A stretch of DNA of 64,000 nt, from NCBI GenBank assembly GCA_050010755.1, contig JBEKKK010000002.1, forward strand, positions 128,001 to 192,000, given 5' to 3'. The notes below the pieces were generated by a model that searched no databases, was not told the DNA's origin, and saw nothing but the letters and a program-made list of their open reading frames with translations. Position 1 is the first letter of the stretch; each line of letters begins with the position of its first letter. The position numbers and the translations under genes are program-made. Below, in pieces: positions 28,333 to 37,725 of this stretch. Source of the DNA: Candidatus Bathyarchaeia archaeon. Its GTDB lineage: Archaea; Thermoproteota; Bathyarchaeia; Bathyarchaeales; Bathycorpusculaceae.

Positions 28333-29442
28333 TTATAGTGCTAGATTGAGCAGTTCGGCAATGTCCATGATTTGGATTTTGCCCTCGGAGCCTGTAGTTT
28401 TGACGGCGTCTTCAAATGTTAATAGGCAGTATGGGCAGGCTGTGGCCAGGATTTCCGCTCCAGCTTCCACAGCGTCTTTAACGCGGGTTTCCGCTAAGCG
28501 TGGACCGGGAATGTCAACCCACATTCTTCCTCCGCCTCCTTCGCAGCAGACGCTTCGAGCTCGGGACCGGTCGAACTCCAACAGTTTGACGCCAGGCACG
28601 CTTTCGATAACTTTTCTCGGTTCTTCGTATATGCCGTTTTGTTTGCCTAGGAAGCACGGGTCGTGATAGATGACTTTCTTGTTCACTTCCTTCGAAAACG
28701 CCAGTTTTTTATCTTCAATCAGCTTAGCGAGCAGTTGAGTGTGATGTTGTATTTCGAAGCTTGTCTGGTTGTACCTGTTCTTGAACGCGTGATAGCCGTG
28801 CGGGCAGCTTGTCACTGCTTGTTTGACATTGTACTTGTTGAAGGTTTTCATGTTCTCTTCAACCAGGAAGTCGAAAAGGCCTTTTTCTCCCATGCCGTAG
28901 ACTTCGCTTCCGCAGCAGTTTTCTTCGTCGCCTAGAACACCGAAGTTCACCCCAGCCTTTGCAAGGACACACGCTAAGCTCTTGGCGACACTTTGGACTC
29001 GCGGATCATAAGCCGAGGTACAACCTACAAAGTATAGAACGTCTGCACCTTGCGACATGTGTTTCAGGTTCAGATCTTGAGCCCATTCTGACCTTTTGTT
29101 GCGGATTCTTCCCCATGGGTTGCCGTTCTTGAATATGCTTTCCAGCGCGTCTCTTATCGTCGGGGCGATTTGTCCTTCCTCAACGGCTATTCCGCGGATG
29201 TCAATCAAAAACTCGTACGGGTTCAAATCTTTTGGGCAACGGACGCCGCACGTGCTACAGGTTGTGCAGCTCCACAGCTCATTCTGAGAATGCTGAGTGA
29301 GCTTGCCCATTGTGGCAACTTCTCGCATGTACTTTCTGACGTTAAGGTTGGCTTTGCGGGCAACTGGGCAACTTCCCGTGCATGTTCCACACTGAATGCA
29401 TTCGAGAAGCTTGTGTTTCTGAGTGAGTTCTTGAGCGTTCAT
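28333..29442 (-). CDS. HdrD-like Fe-S oxidoreductase (2x[4Fe-4S] plus two CCG domains)
   Basis: CIQCGTCTGSCP, WSCTTCSTCGVRCP, GNPWG, YFVGC...ENCCG...SCPH, YHDPC...CCEGGGG...TACPYC; start 29442 or 29451. Confidence 0.9.
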   Translation of the reverse strand: MNAQELTQKHKLLECIQCGTCTGSCPVARKANLNVRKYMREVATMGKLTQHSQNELWSCTTCSTCGVRCPKDLNPYEFLIDIRGIAVEEGQIAPTIRDALESIFKNGNPWGRIRNKRSEWAQDLNLKHMSQGADVLYFVGCTSAYDPRVQSVAKSLACVLAKAGVNFGVLGDEENCCGSEVYGMGEKGLFDFLVEENMKTFNKYNVKQAVTSCPHGYHAFKNRYNQTSFEIQHHTQLLAKLIEDKKLAFSKEVNKKVIYHDPCFLGKQNGIYEEPRKVIESVPGVKLLEFDRSRARSVCCEGGGGRMWVDIPGPRLAETRVKDAVEAGAEILATACPYCLLTFEDAVKTTGSEGKIQIMDIAELLNLAL

Positions 29443-29539
29443 GTTGCCCATCACTTTTATTTGAATGGGGAGCATAAGATTATTAAAGCGTTTTCCCGTG
29501 AATTGTTTGAAACATATCATGCAAAAGGAGATTTCACCC

Positions 29540-31906
29540 ATGGAGAAGAAATCGCCAAAAATCGGCGTTTTCGTCTGCGAATGTGGAGGCAACATCGGGG
29601 AAGTTGTGGATGTCAAGACGGTCGTTGATACTGTTAAGACATGGGAAGGTGTTGCCGTAGCAAAATATCACAAGTATCTGTGCTCGAAACCGGCTCAGGA
29701 AATGATTCTCGACGCAGTGAAAAAAGAAAATCTGGACCGAGTTGTGGTTGCAAGCTGCACGCCGCGCATGCATCTTGCCACTTTTCAGAGTGTCTTGGAA
29801 CGGGCTGGATTGAACCCGTTTATGCTTGAATTCGTTAACATAAGGGAGCAGGACTCATGGATATTGGGGCCGCACCCGTCGCCTGAAGCAACGAAGAAAG
29901 CCATCAGCTTGATAAGAGGCGGCTACGAGAGAAGCCGCGAGCTTGAGCCTTTGCAGCCTATAAGCGAGAAGGGCTCCAGAGAAATTCTCATCATCGGTGG
30001 AGGAATCGCTGGCATAACTTCAGCCCTTGAGCTTGGATATTTGGGTTACAAGGTTGACCTTGTCGAACGAAAGTCCAGCCTAGGCGGCAACATGGCTAAA
30101 CTGACGAAGGTTTTTCCAACTCTGGACTGTGCCCAGTGCATTCTGACGCCAAGGATGGCGGAAGTGGGAAGAAACACAAACGTCAACCTTTACACTTACG
30201 CTGAAGTTGAAGAAGTCAGCGGAAGACCGGGCAACTATGATGTAAAGATACACATGAAACCCCGTGGCGTTGACGTTCAGAAATGCAGAAGTTGCGGTGT
30301 CTGCGCAAAAGTTTGTCCGGTACCAGTTTCAGACGAGTTTAATGAAGGTTGGTCCCAACGAAAGGCAGCATACATCGAGTTTCCACAAGCTGTCCCATCA
30401 GCCTACACCATCGACTTCAGCGCGTGCACAAAATGCGGAAAATGTGAGCAGCTTTGTCCAGCCAAGGCCATAAGCTTGGCAGATCCTGGAAGCACCGTCA
30501 ACCTTCACGTCGGCGGCATAATAGTCGCCACCGGCTATCAACTCTATGATGCTAAGAAACTCGAAACCTACGGATACGGCACTTACAAAGACGTTATCAC
30601 AATGATGGATCTGGAGCGGTTCGTCTCAGCAACAGGGCCGACAAGTGGCTACATCAAGAAAGCCGACGGCACCGACGTTAAACGCATGGCGATAGTGCTC
30701 TGTGCAGGCTCACGGGACAAGAACTACGTCCCCTATTGCAGCAGGATCTGCTGCATGTACTCTTTAAAGCAGGCCTTTGTGCTCAAAAAAATGCTCGGCA
30801 TAGACGTGAGCATCTACTATACGGACATCAGAGCAACGGGCAGAGGCTACGAGGATCTCTACTGGCGAGACCAGGAAGCTGGTGTCACATTTATCCGCGG
30901 AAAGGTGGCTGAGGTTTACAAGAACGCCAAGGATGGCAAGCTCGTTGCCGTTGCGGAAGACACGATAACGGGCGAGGTGACCGAGGAAGAGTTCGACATG
31001 ATTGCCTTGGCCACGCCCATGGTTCCGCCCTCAGGGTTGAAGGAGCTTGCCGAGAAGATGAAAGTCAGCGTCAGCGAAGACGGCTTCGTCACGGAAAAGC
31101 ATCCTAAACTCGACCCTGTCGATTCGCTTGTTACTGGCATCTATGCGTGCGGTTGCGCCCTAAGTCCAAAAGATGTGAGAGACACGGTTTCGGACGGTTT
31201 GGCTGCATCAGCGAAGGCGGCGTTGTTCCTGAAGAGCGACTACGTTACGACAAGTCCGGAGAAAGCTTTCGTCATCAGCGACTTGTGCAACGGCTGCAAA
31301 GGTTGTGTTCCAACCTGTCCAACAAACGCGATAAGCATGCAGGACGGAAAAGCCAAGATTGACCCGTTCCTGTGCACAGGCTGCGGCGCGTGCATACCCG
31401 TCTGTCCTCAAGAGGCTATCGACTTCAAGAACGCGACGACCAAGGAGATAAGAGCAAGTCTACGAGGAGTACTTGCAGAAAAGCAGCCGGGCGAGGTCAG
31501 AGTCGTTGCCTTCGTGGACAAGAACGTTGGCTACACAGGCATGGACTTTCTAGGCCTAGACCGCACAAACTACCCTGAAAACATCCGCATCGTACCAGTC
31601 CCAACCACCGCCATCCTGAGCTTGAAACATCTTCTATACGCATTCGCATACGGGGCCGACGGTGTTCTGGTCATCGAAGGAACGCAGGAAATCGACGAAA
31701 AGTTTACGAAAAAGAAAATGATCGACATGGGAAAAGAACTGGCGAAATACAATGTTGAAAGCATGAGAGTACGCTACAGCTACGTTCCTCTTCCAGTTTA
31801 TAAGAAGGCAGCAGAACTTTTCACCATGTTCACGGATAGAATCAAGAAGTTCGGTCCGTTTCCGGAAGAAAAACGCAACGCAATAAAACAAAAGCTTGGC
31901 CTGTAA
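29540..31906 (+). CDS. hdrA: Second HdrA-like flavoprotein with a degenerate, Cys-less MvhD-like C-terminal domain
   Basis: CECG/CSK/SCTP, GGGIAG, FPTLDCAQC, ferredoxin inserts, LCAGSR/CSRICCMY, EKHPKLDPV; SD aaggag. Confidence 0.92.
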   Translation: MEKKSPKIGVFVCECGGNIGEVVDVKTVVDTVKTWEGVAVAKYHKYLCSKPAQEMILDAVKKENLDRVVVASCTPRMHLATFQSVLERAGLNPFMLEFVNIREQDSWILGPHPSPEATKKAISLIRGGYERSRELEPLQPISEKGSREILIIGGGIAGITSALELGYLGYKVDLVERKSSLGGNMAKLTKVFPTLDCAQCILTPRMAEVGRNTNVNLYTYAEVEEVSGRPGNYDVKIHMKPRGVDVQKCRSCGVCAKVCPVPVSDEFNEGWSQRKAAYIEFPQAVPSAYTIDFSACTKCGKCEQLCPAKAISLADPGSTVNLHVGGIIVATGYQLYDAKKLETYGYGTYKDVITMMDLERFVSATGPTSGYIKKADGTDVKRMAIVLCAGSRDKNYVPYCSRICCMYSLKQAFVLKKMLGIDVSIYYTDIRATGRGYEDLYWRDQEAGVTFIRGKVAEVYKNAKDGKLVAVAEDTITGEVTEEEFDMIALATPMVPPSGLKELAEKMKVSVSEDGFVTEKHPKLDPVDSLVTGIYACGCALSPKDVRDTVSDGLAASAKAALFLKSDYVTTSPEKAFVISDLCNGCKGCVPTCPTNAISMQDGKAKIDPFLCTGCGACIPVCPQEAIDFKNATTKEIRASLRGVLAEKQPGEVRVVAFVDKNVGYTGMDFLGLDRTNYPENIRIVPVPTTAILSLKHLLYAFAYGADGVLVIEGTQEIDEKFTKKKMIDMGKELAKYNVESMRVRYSYVPLPVYKKAAELFTMFTDRIKKFGPFPEEKRNAIKQKLGL

Positions 31907-31929
31907 ACATCGTCTTCACTTCCATTCAA

Positions 31930-32060
31930 ACAGTGGATATTTTTCTATTTGTCCTTCTCTGTTTTTGACTGTGAAACAGCCTTTTTCTATTCCTAAATAA
32001 AAACCAAAGCCTTCCAAAGCAATCTTTACGGTTTTGGTCTTCATTTTCTTCTCTTCTTTA
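31930..32060 (+). terminator. T-rich archaeal terminator region after the second hdrA
   Basis: Several oligo-T tracts directly downstream of the stop. Confidence 0.45.
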
Positions 32061-32223
32061 ACAAATAAGGATGAAGAAAGCTTCTTATAACATCATACCA
32101 AGTTGTATTATAGAAGATAGTTCTAGCGCAGTTGAAATGTGTTGTGCTTGACGTCAAGAGGTAAAGGTTTCTTTACGAAAATGCTTATCTCAGATGATAC
32201 GGCAGAGACTATTTGGTGGTGTG

Positions 32224-33171
32224 ATGTCCTCTTCTGAAGAAGACTCTTACTCGATGATATTTGCGTCGTTGAAACATCCCATTAGGAGAAAGATACTTCG
32301 CATTCTGTCATCTGAAGCGCAGACTTTTTCAGACTTGCAGAAACAGTTCAAGATAGAAAGCTCACATCTCACCTATCACATTGATGGCTTGGGAAACCTT
32401 CTCTATAAGACTGAAGACGGTAAGTATGCTTTGTCTTCTCTGGGTGAAGCCGCAATTTCAACGATCACGAAGGTTGAGGACATTCCAACAACTGCGCGTC
32501 ATCAATCGCAACAAACAAGACCAAAGAGAATCATAGGAAAAAGTGTTGCTATCGCGCTCGGCTTAATCTGTATTGTCCTGATAGCTTCCGTAGCATATTT
32601 CATTATATCTGACATTTCGGCACAGAACAGCTTTAACAATCTTCAAAACCAAAACGGACAACTTCAAGCTTGGCTGAATGGAAACGAGACGTTGCTTAAT
32701 CAGACCCAAACATGGTTGATTGGAAACGGAACGTTGCTTAACCAGACACAAGTCAACAACGCAAATCTGCAAAATCAGAATGCAAATTTAACCAATCAGG
32801 TTAACAACCTGAGGGCACCAAACCTAGTTGAAGTCAACTTAACGGCTAATGTGAACCAGACCACGATTAGCGGCGTTCCGTACTTTACACTTCAAGTTTC
32901 TGGATACCTTTTCAATACTGGCACGAACACAGCATATGACTGTGAGTTCCAACCTATCTTGTATTACTACCAAAACACAATCCGCAAAGAGACAGTAATG
33001 TATATTCTCGGACCTTATCCTCTAGGAAACCTAACAAGTTATTCATGGACAGTTCTAAATTGGTCAATAACCGATGTCGGAACTCTAATAAACTGGACAA
33101 TAACGCCCGCATGGGATGGACACACAAACGGAATAATCATGTTTCCTTCATTTCTACCTCCCGCTCCGTAA
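32224..33171 (+). CDS. Membrane-anchored ArsR-like winged-helix regulator with extracytoplasmic coiled-coil and beta-rich domains
   Basis: IFASLKHPIRRKILRIL...SSHLTYHIDGL...GKYALSSLG; TM VAIALGLICIVLIASVAYFII; Asn/Gln-rich linker with sequons. Confidence 0.85.
   Translation: MSSSEEDSYSMIFASLKHPIRRKILRILSSEAQTFSDLQKQFKIESSHLTYHIDGLGNLLYKTEDGKYALSSLGEAAISTITKVEDIPTTARHQSQQTRPKRIIGKSVAIALGLICIVLIASVAYFIISDISAQNSFNNLQNQNGQLQAWLNGNETLLNQTQTWLIGNGTLLNQTQVNNANLQNQNANLTNQVNNLRAPNLVEVNLTANVNQTTISGVPYFTLQVSGYLFNTGTNTAYDCEFQPILYYYQNTIRKETVMYILGPYPLGNLTSYSWTVLNWSITDVGTLINWTITPAWDGHTNGIIMFPSFLPPAP
32671..32751 (+). repeat. 42-bp intragenic tandem duplication
   Basis: WLNGNETLLNQTQT / WLIGNGTLLNQTQ encoded by near-identical units at 32671 and 32713. 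Confidence 0.8.
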
Positions 33172-33542
33172 TTCACTTTGGGTTTGGGGGGTAAAGTTTT
33201 ATCTTTTTCTCTCTCCTCTCCATCAAAATAGACGTTTGTTACTTATTTATTCTTCTTTTAGGTTCTGTCAAGTCTTCAGTTGATGGTTGTCCCTGTCAAC
33301 TTTCGGTTGATGATGTCTAAAAGAGGTTCTGTTAACTCTTCGGCGCTTTAAGAAATTTGTTAACTGTCGGCGCTTTTGTGCATTCTACAAAACCTAAATA
33401 TCGTGCGTTCGTAATTGTTGCCTTTGGTGAGTTTTTGCCTAAAGATAAACCTCGCAAGTGCATCGAGGAAAAAAAAAGAAGAGCAACTAGACGAACAAAC
33501 CGAGCGTGACGACTACTGATTCTGTTCAATTAAGGTACATGG

Positions 33543-34784
33543 TTAATTTTTCTGGGTTCTTCTTTTTTTTGCGATGATGACTGCGGACAAGGCTATGAAT
33601 ATGGAGATAACTAACGTAATTCCAGGTAATGTGCTGGAAAACTCTGGTACTACGCTGAGAATGGAACCTATAGCGTAGAGGTTACCGTCATACGAGCCTA
33701 CGTAGACTACGCCGTTGTCAATAGCTGGAGAAGAACTCACTTGGTCGCCTGTTGTGTAGCTCCATACGATTGCGCCAGTCGTAGCGTTCAGAGCGTAAAG
33801 GTTGTCGTCAGGGTAATCTGATCCTACGTAGACGATGCCGCTGGCAACGGCTGGGGAAGAATACACGAACGCGTTTGTTGTGTAGTTCCATACGAGGGCG
33901 CCTGTTGTACTGTTCAGGGCGTAAACAAGCCAGTCGTCTGATCCTACGTATACTATGCCGCTGGCAACGGCGGGAGAAGAGTTCACTTCGCTGCCTGTTG
34001 TGTAGTTCCATACGAGAGTGCCAGTGGAAGCGTTCAGGGCATAAACATTCCAGTCGGCTGATCCTACGTAGACTATGTCGCCGGCAACAGCAGGTGAAGA
34101 TTCTACATAAAAGTCGGTTGTGTAGGTCCATATGAGCTTGCCCGTTGTTGCGTTTAAGGCGTAAACGTTGTAGTCGTCTGAGCCCACGTAGACTATGCCA
34201 TTAGCAACGGCTGGAGAGGAACTCACCTCATCGCCTGTTGTGTAGTTCCATACGAGTGCGCCAGTCGTGGCGTTTAAGGCGTAAACGTTGTAGTCGTCTG
34301 AGCCCACGTAGACCATGCCATTAGCGATAGCGGGGGAAGACTCTACGCCGCCGCCTGTTGTGTAGTTCCACACGAGAGCGCCCGTCGTAGCGTCGAAGGC
34401 GTAAACCTTGTCATCGAGTGAACCCACGTAGACGGCGCCGTTGGCAACAGTCGGAGAAGATGAGATGGATTTGCCTGTTGTGTAGTTCCATATGAGTGCG
34501 CCCGTCGTGACGTTGAAGGCGTAAAGGTTGCCGTCGTCTGAGCCCACGTAGACTATGCCGTTAGCAACTGCAGGAGAAGACTGCACTTGGTTGCCTGTTG
34601 TGTAGTTCCATAGGGTTTGGTTTGTTGTTAGCGCTGGTGATGTGGAATAGCCGGTGTGCGTCAGGTCGTGGTGAAACATCGGCCAGTCGCCTACTGGAGC
34701 TGCTCTAGAATAAATATTCGCGGGAAACACTGAGACTAAGAACAAGAGGACTAGCACGAGACTAACAATCATTTCTTTTTTCAT
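33543..34784 (-). CDS. Secreted PQQ-like (BamB-type) beta-propeller repeat protein with PEF-type C-terminal anchor
   Basis: Signal peptide, DWPMFHHD..HTG, eight ~40-aa repeats WNYTTG..V.SSPAVA.G.VYVGS.D..VYALNATTG, VVPEFSS + TM + KKRR. Confidence 0.92.
   Translation of the reverse strand: MKKEMIVSLVLVLLFLVSVFPANIYSRAAPVGDWPMFHHDLTHTGYSTSPALTTNQTLWNYTTGNQVQSSPAVANGIVYVGSDDGNLYAFNVTTGALIWNYTTGKSISSSPTVANGAVYVGSLDDKVYAFDATTGALVWNYTTGGGVESSPAIANGMVYVGSDDYNVYALNATTGALVWNYTTGDEVSSSPAVANGIVYVGSDDYNVYALNATTGKLIWTYTTDFYVESSPAVAGDIVYVGSADWNVYALNASTGTLVWNYTTGSEVNSSPAVASGIVYVGSDDWLVYALNSTTGALVWNYTTNAFVYSSPAVASGIVYVGSDYPDDNLYALNATTGAIVWSYTTGDQVSSSPAIDNGVVYVGSYDGNLYAIGSILSVVPEFSSTLPGITLVISIFIALSAVIIAKKRRTQKN
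33670..34615 (-). repeat. ~120-bp intragenic tandem repeats (8 units)
   Basis: gcctgttgtgtagttccata-like and cccacgtagactatgcc-like blocks recur about every 120 nt. Confidence 0.9.
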
Positions 34785-35157
34785 TTTTACTTCTCCTTCT
34801 ATCATGCGAGATTTCGTTTAAACGGGAAGAACGCTCGGCACAGTTTAGCGTGCAGATGGCTCGTATAATTTCTATGATATATATATTATTTATGGTTTGC
34901 GATACGATGTTTCAGCGCGCGCGCTTTTCTGTCAATGCGCTATTTCAATGGGCCCGTTTGATCGTATGTAAACTTGGAAGGCGAGTCAAAGCGCATATTC
35001 TGGAAACTTCCTTCAAACACGAAATTTCTCTCGGTGGATAGGATTGCAGTAATTTATCGAGAAAACTGGAATGTCGTGCGCATGACTTGAATGTGAGGTC
35101 GGTTTCAAGTAAACCTTAAGCATAACTGCAGTGTCCTATTCAAGTCGGTGAATCTCT

Positions 35158-35868
35158 GTGACTAGGGCTTTGTATCTGGAGGACAGTTATATCAAAGAAT
35201 GTGATGCTGTTGTTGTTTTGGTGAATGAAGGGAAATACGTTGTCTTGGACCAAACTATTTTCTATCCGAAGGGAGGCGGTCAACCCTGTGATACTGGAAG
35301 AATCATCAGTGGAAATGAGGTTTACAACGTCGTTTACGTCGGCAAATTTTCCGGCGAAATCAGTCATGAGGTTGACCGTCTGGGTTTGAAAGCAGTTGAC
35401 AAAGTTCACTGCGTGTTAGACTGGGACCGGCGGTACAAGCTTATGCGGAGCCACACGGCAGCTCACCTCTTCGCTTCACTGCTTTGCAACGGCACAGGCG
35501 CGCTTGTCACAGGCAATCAGCTTGAAACCGACAAAATACGCTTCGACTTCAGCTTAGAACAATTCAATCCTGAAATCCTAGAAAAATACCTGGCCAAAAC
35601 GAACGAGCTACTCAAGAAAGACACGCCAGTAAGATCCTACGAACTTCCAAAAGAAGAAGCCCTCAAAATCCCCGGAGTAGTAAAAATGGCAGAAGCATTC
35701 CCACCGGACATCCCCCGCCTCCGCATCGTAGAACTAGTCGACCTTGACAAACAAGCCGACGGAGGAACTCACGTCAAGAACCTAAAAGAGGTCGGCCAAA
35801 TAAAACTGCTCAAGACCGAAAACAAAGGAAAAAACAACAGAAGAATATACTTCACCTTAACGCCGTAA
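35158..35868 (+). CDS. alaXM: Alanyl-tRNA editing protein AlaX-M
   Basis: LY..DSY, LDQTIFYPKGGGQP.DTG, MRSHTAAHL, ADGGTHV. Confidence 0.92.
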   Translation: MTRALYLEDSYIKECDAVVVLVNEGKYVVLDQTIFYPKGGGQPCDTGRIISGNEVYNVVYVGKFSGEISHEVDRLGLKAVDKVHCVLDWDRRYKLMRSHTAAHLFASLLCNGTGALVTGNQLETDKIRFDFSLEQFNPEILEKYLAKTNELLKKDTPVRSYELPKEEALKIPGVVKMAEAFPPDIPRLRIVELVDLDKQADGGTHVKNLKEVGQIKLLKTENKGKNNRRIYFTLTP

Positions 35869-36083
35869 CCTCCGGGAAACATCACAGAAAATCGGGCGCT
35901 TGTTGAAATCAGGCCATACAGAGGCTCCTCTCAACATGCAGGCTAGAATCGATCGGGAATCGATAATGTTTCAAGTGGCAGATCTTAGGCGTGTCTTGGC
36001 AAATGCTTTCTGGAAGGAGGCAAAACTTTTCAAACGTCAGATACTTATTCACACTACACTACGCCTTGGGAAGGTGAAAGCCT

Positions 36084-37568
36084 GTGTCTAAGAGCGAGCT
36101 GAGAATCCAGTATTCGGGTCTCATCATATTTGCGGCTCAGCTTATTAGCGTGGTCACAGGTTTGGTGTTCACTCTTTTGCTTTCAAGAAACATGACTCAA
36201 TCTCAGTATGGTGTATGGGGAAACATCTCCGACGTGACGGGCTACTTCCTGTTGTTTTCAGGGTTTATTCCGTTTTGGGCATTACGGTTTGTCGCTCGGG
36301 GAGAAGAAGGTGCAATTAAGACAGCTTTTGTAGCAAACCTCACTTTGGCCATAGCTTCGGCCGCGGCCTACATACCACTAGCCCCTCTTATCGCTGCGAG
36401 TCTTCACATCACTGAAACCAGTGTTTATGTCTTGGCATCAGGCCTGGTTGTCACCACCTACGCTGTTAACACGCTTGAATCTTGTTTGCGCGCAAAGCGA
36501 CCTCAAGCAATAGGGTACGGCCTCCTGCTAGAGGAAGTCGTGAAACTTAGCTTGGCCTATTTGTTCATCGTGAGATTTCACCAACTGTTTATAGGCGCCA
36601 TGCTGAGCCTCATCCTGGCAGCCGCGTTTCAAACGCTGTTTTATTTGAAGCTCTTCTCGAAGGATCTCCGAGAAAAAGTCCAGTGGAGCTACGCTAGAGA
36701 ATGGCTCAAGGGTTCCACAGCACTCATTTACAACGCTGTTGGAATACAATTGGGCAATTTCGTTCTCATTCTGCTTCTCATTTACGGAACCCAATCAGGC
36801 AGAGGCGACTACCTCGCAGCAACGACATTTGCAACCATCATCGGATATTCCTCGTCCCTAGCTTTCGCGCTCTACCCGAAATTGCTGGCTCAAAACAGCT
36901 TGAAAGAAATAACAGCATCTCTAAAAACAGTTTTGATGTTCGCGCTCCCCTTGGTCGCAATCGTGATCTCGATGTCACCGTCCCTTTTAACGGTCCTTAA
37001 AATTGATTATCGCGGGGCTTGGCCCGTACTCGTCGTCCTGTCAATCGATGCGCTCATATCTCTGCTATCGACATTCTACACGAACGTGGTTTATGGCGTT
37101 GAAAAACTCGACGAAGAAGCAAAAATACCACTCCGAAAACTCGTAAAGAGTAAAATGTTCAAGCTTCTGACATTGCCATACATACAAGCCGCCATCACCC
37201 TCCCCACAGTACTGTATATTTTGAGTCAATTCGCGAACGGGCAGGCTGTGCAAGCAGCCACTTACGTGGCAATCATCATCGCGGTTGCCCACGCGATCCT
37301 GTTTCTTCTAACATATCTCGTCATGGGATCATCGGTGAGAATAGTTGTCCCTTGGACGAGCATAGGAAAATACGTCTTTGCTTCATCCGTCACTGCGGTT
37401 ATTCTATACGTGTTGCCTCACCCAGCGACGCTGCTTTTGACAATCGCCACCGCTGTACTGGGAGCAGCAGTATATGCTGCATTGGCTTTGGCAATCGACA
37501 GGGATGCGAGAATGCTGGTTCGTTCTATACTGCAGGAATTAGGGTTGATGCCTAAACCAATGGGCTAG
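36084..37568 (+). CDS. MOP-superfamily polysaccharide/oligosaccharide flippase-like membrane protein
   Basis: Many TM segments, LLSRNMTQSQYGVW Wzx-like N-terminal motif. Confidence 0.75.
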   Translation: MSKSELRIQYSGLIIFAAQLISVVTGLVFTLLLSRNMTQSQYGVWGNISDVTGYFLLFSGFIPFWALRFVARGEEGAIKTAFVANLTLAIASAAAYIPLAPLIAASLHITETSVYVLASGLVVTTYAVNTLESCLRAKRPQAIGYGLLLEEVVKLSLAYLFIVRFHQLFIGAMLSLILAAAFQTLFYLKLFSKDLREKVQWSYAREWLKGSTALIYNAVGIQLGNFVLILLLIYGTQSGRGDYLAATTFATIIGYSSSLAFALYPKLLAQNSLKEITASLKTVLMFALPLVAIVISMSPSLLTVLKIDYRGAWPVLVVLSIDALISLLSTFYTNVVYGVEKLDEEAKIPLRKLVKSKMFKLLTLPYIQAAITLPTVLYILSQFANGQAVQAATYVAIIIAVAHAILFLLTYLVMGSSVRIVVPWTSIGKYVFASSVTAVILYVLPHPATLLLTIATAVLGAAVYAALALAIDRDARMLVRSILQELGLMPKPMG

Positions 37569-37725
37569 TCGGGCGTTAGACCTGCTAGGCATGAAAAATG
37601 ACTTTTCGGCTTGAGTGAAATAGCTTTAACTGGGGCTTTTCAATGTGGAAGGCAAAGATTTACAAGCAAAAGCTATATGAAAACAGCCTGCTAAAATATG
37701 TTCCATCATTTGGAGAGGAAAGCAT

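Noticed and set aside
7834-31906. hdr genes as evidence of methanogenesis
   Set aside because: No mcr, mtr or hdrB in the window; HdrA and HdrD families are widespread in non-methanogens
33670-34615. CRISPR array or diversity-generating retroelement
   Set aside because: The repeats are in-frame protein repeats with no unique spacers; no cas or reverse transcriptase gene
35038-35151. Riboswitch-like alternative stems upstream of alaX (GACTTGAAT pairing with TTCAAGT or ATTCAAGTC)
   Set aside because: A likely TATA element near 35112-35122 would leave most of the structure untranscribed; no known aptamer resemblance
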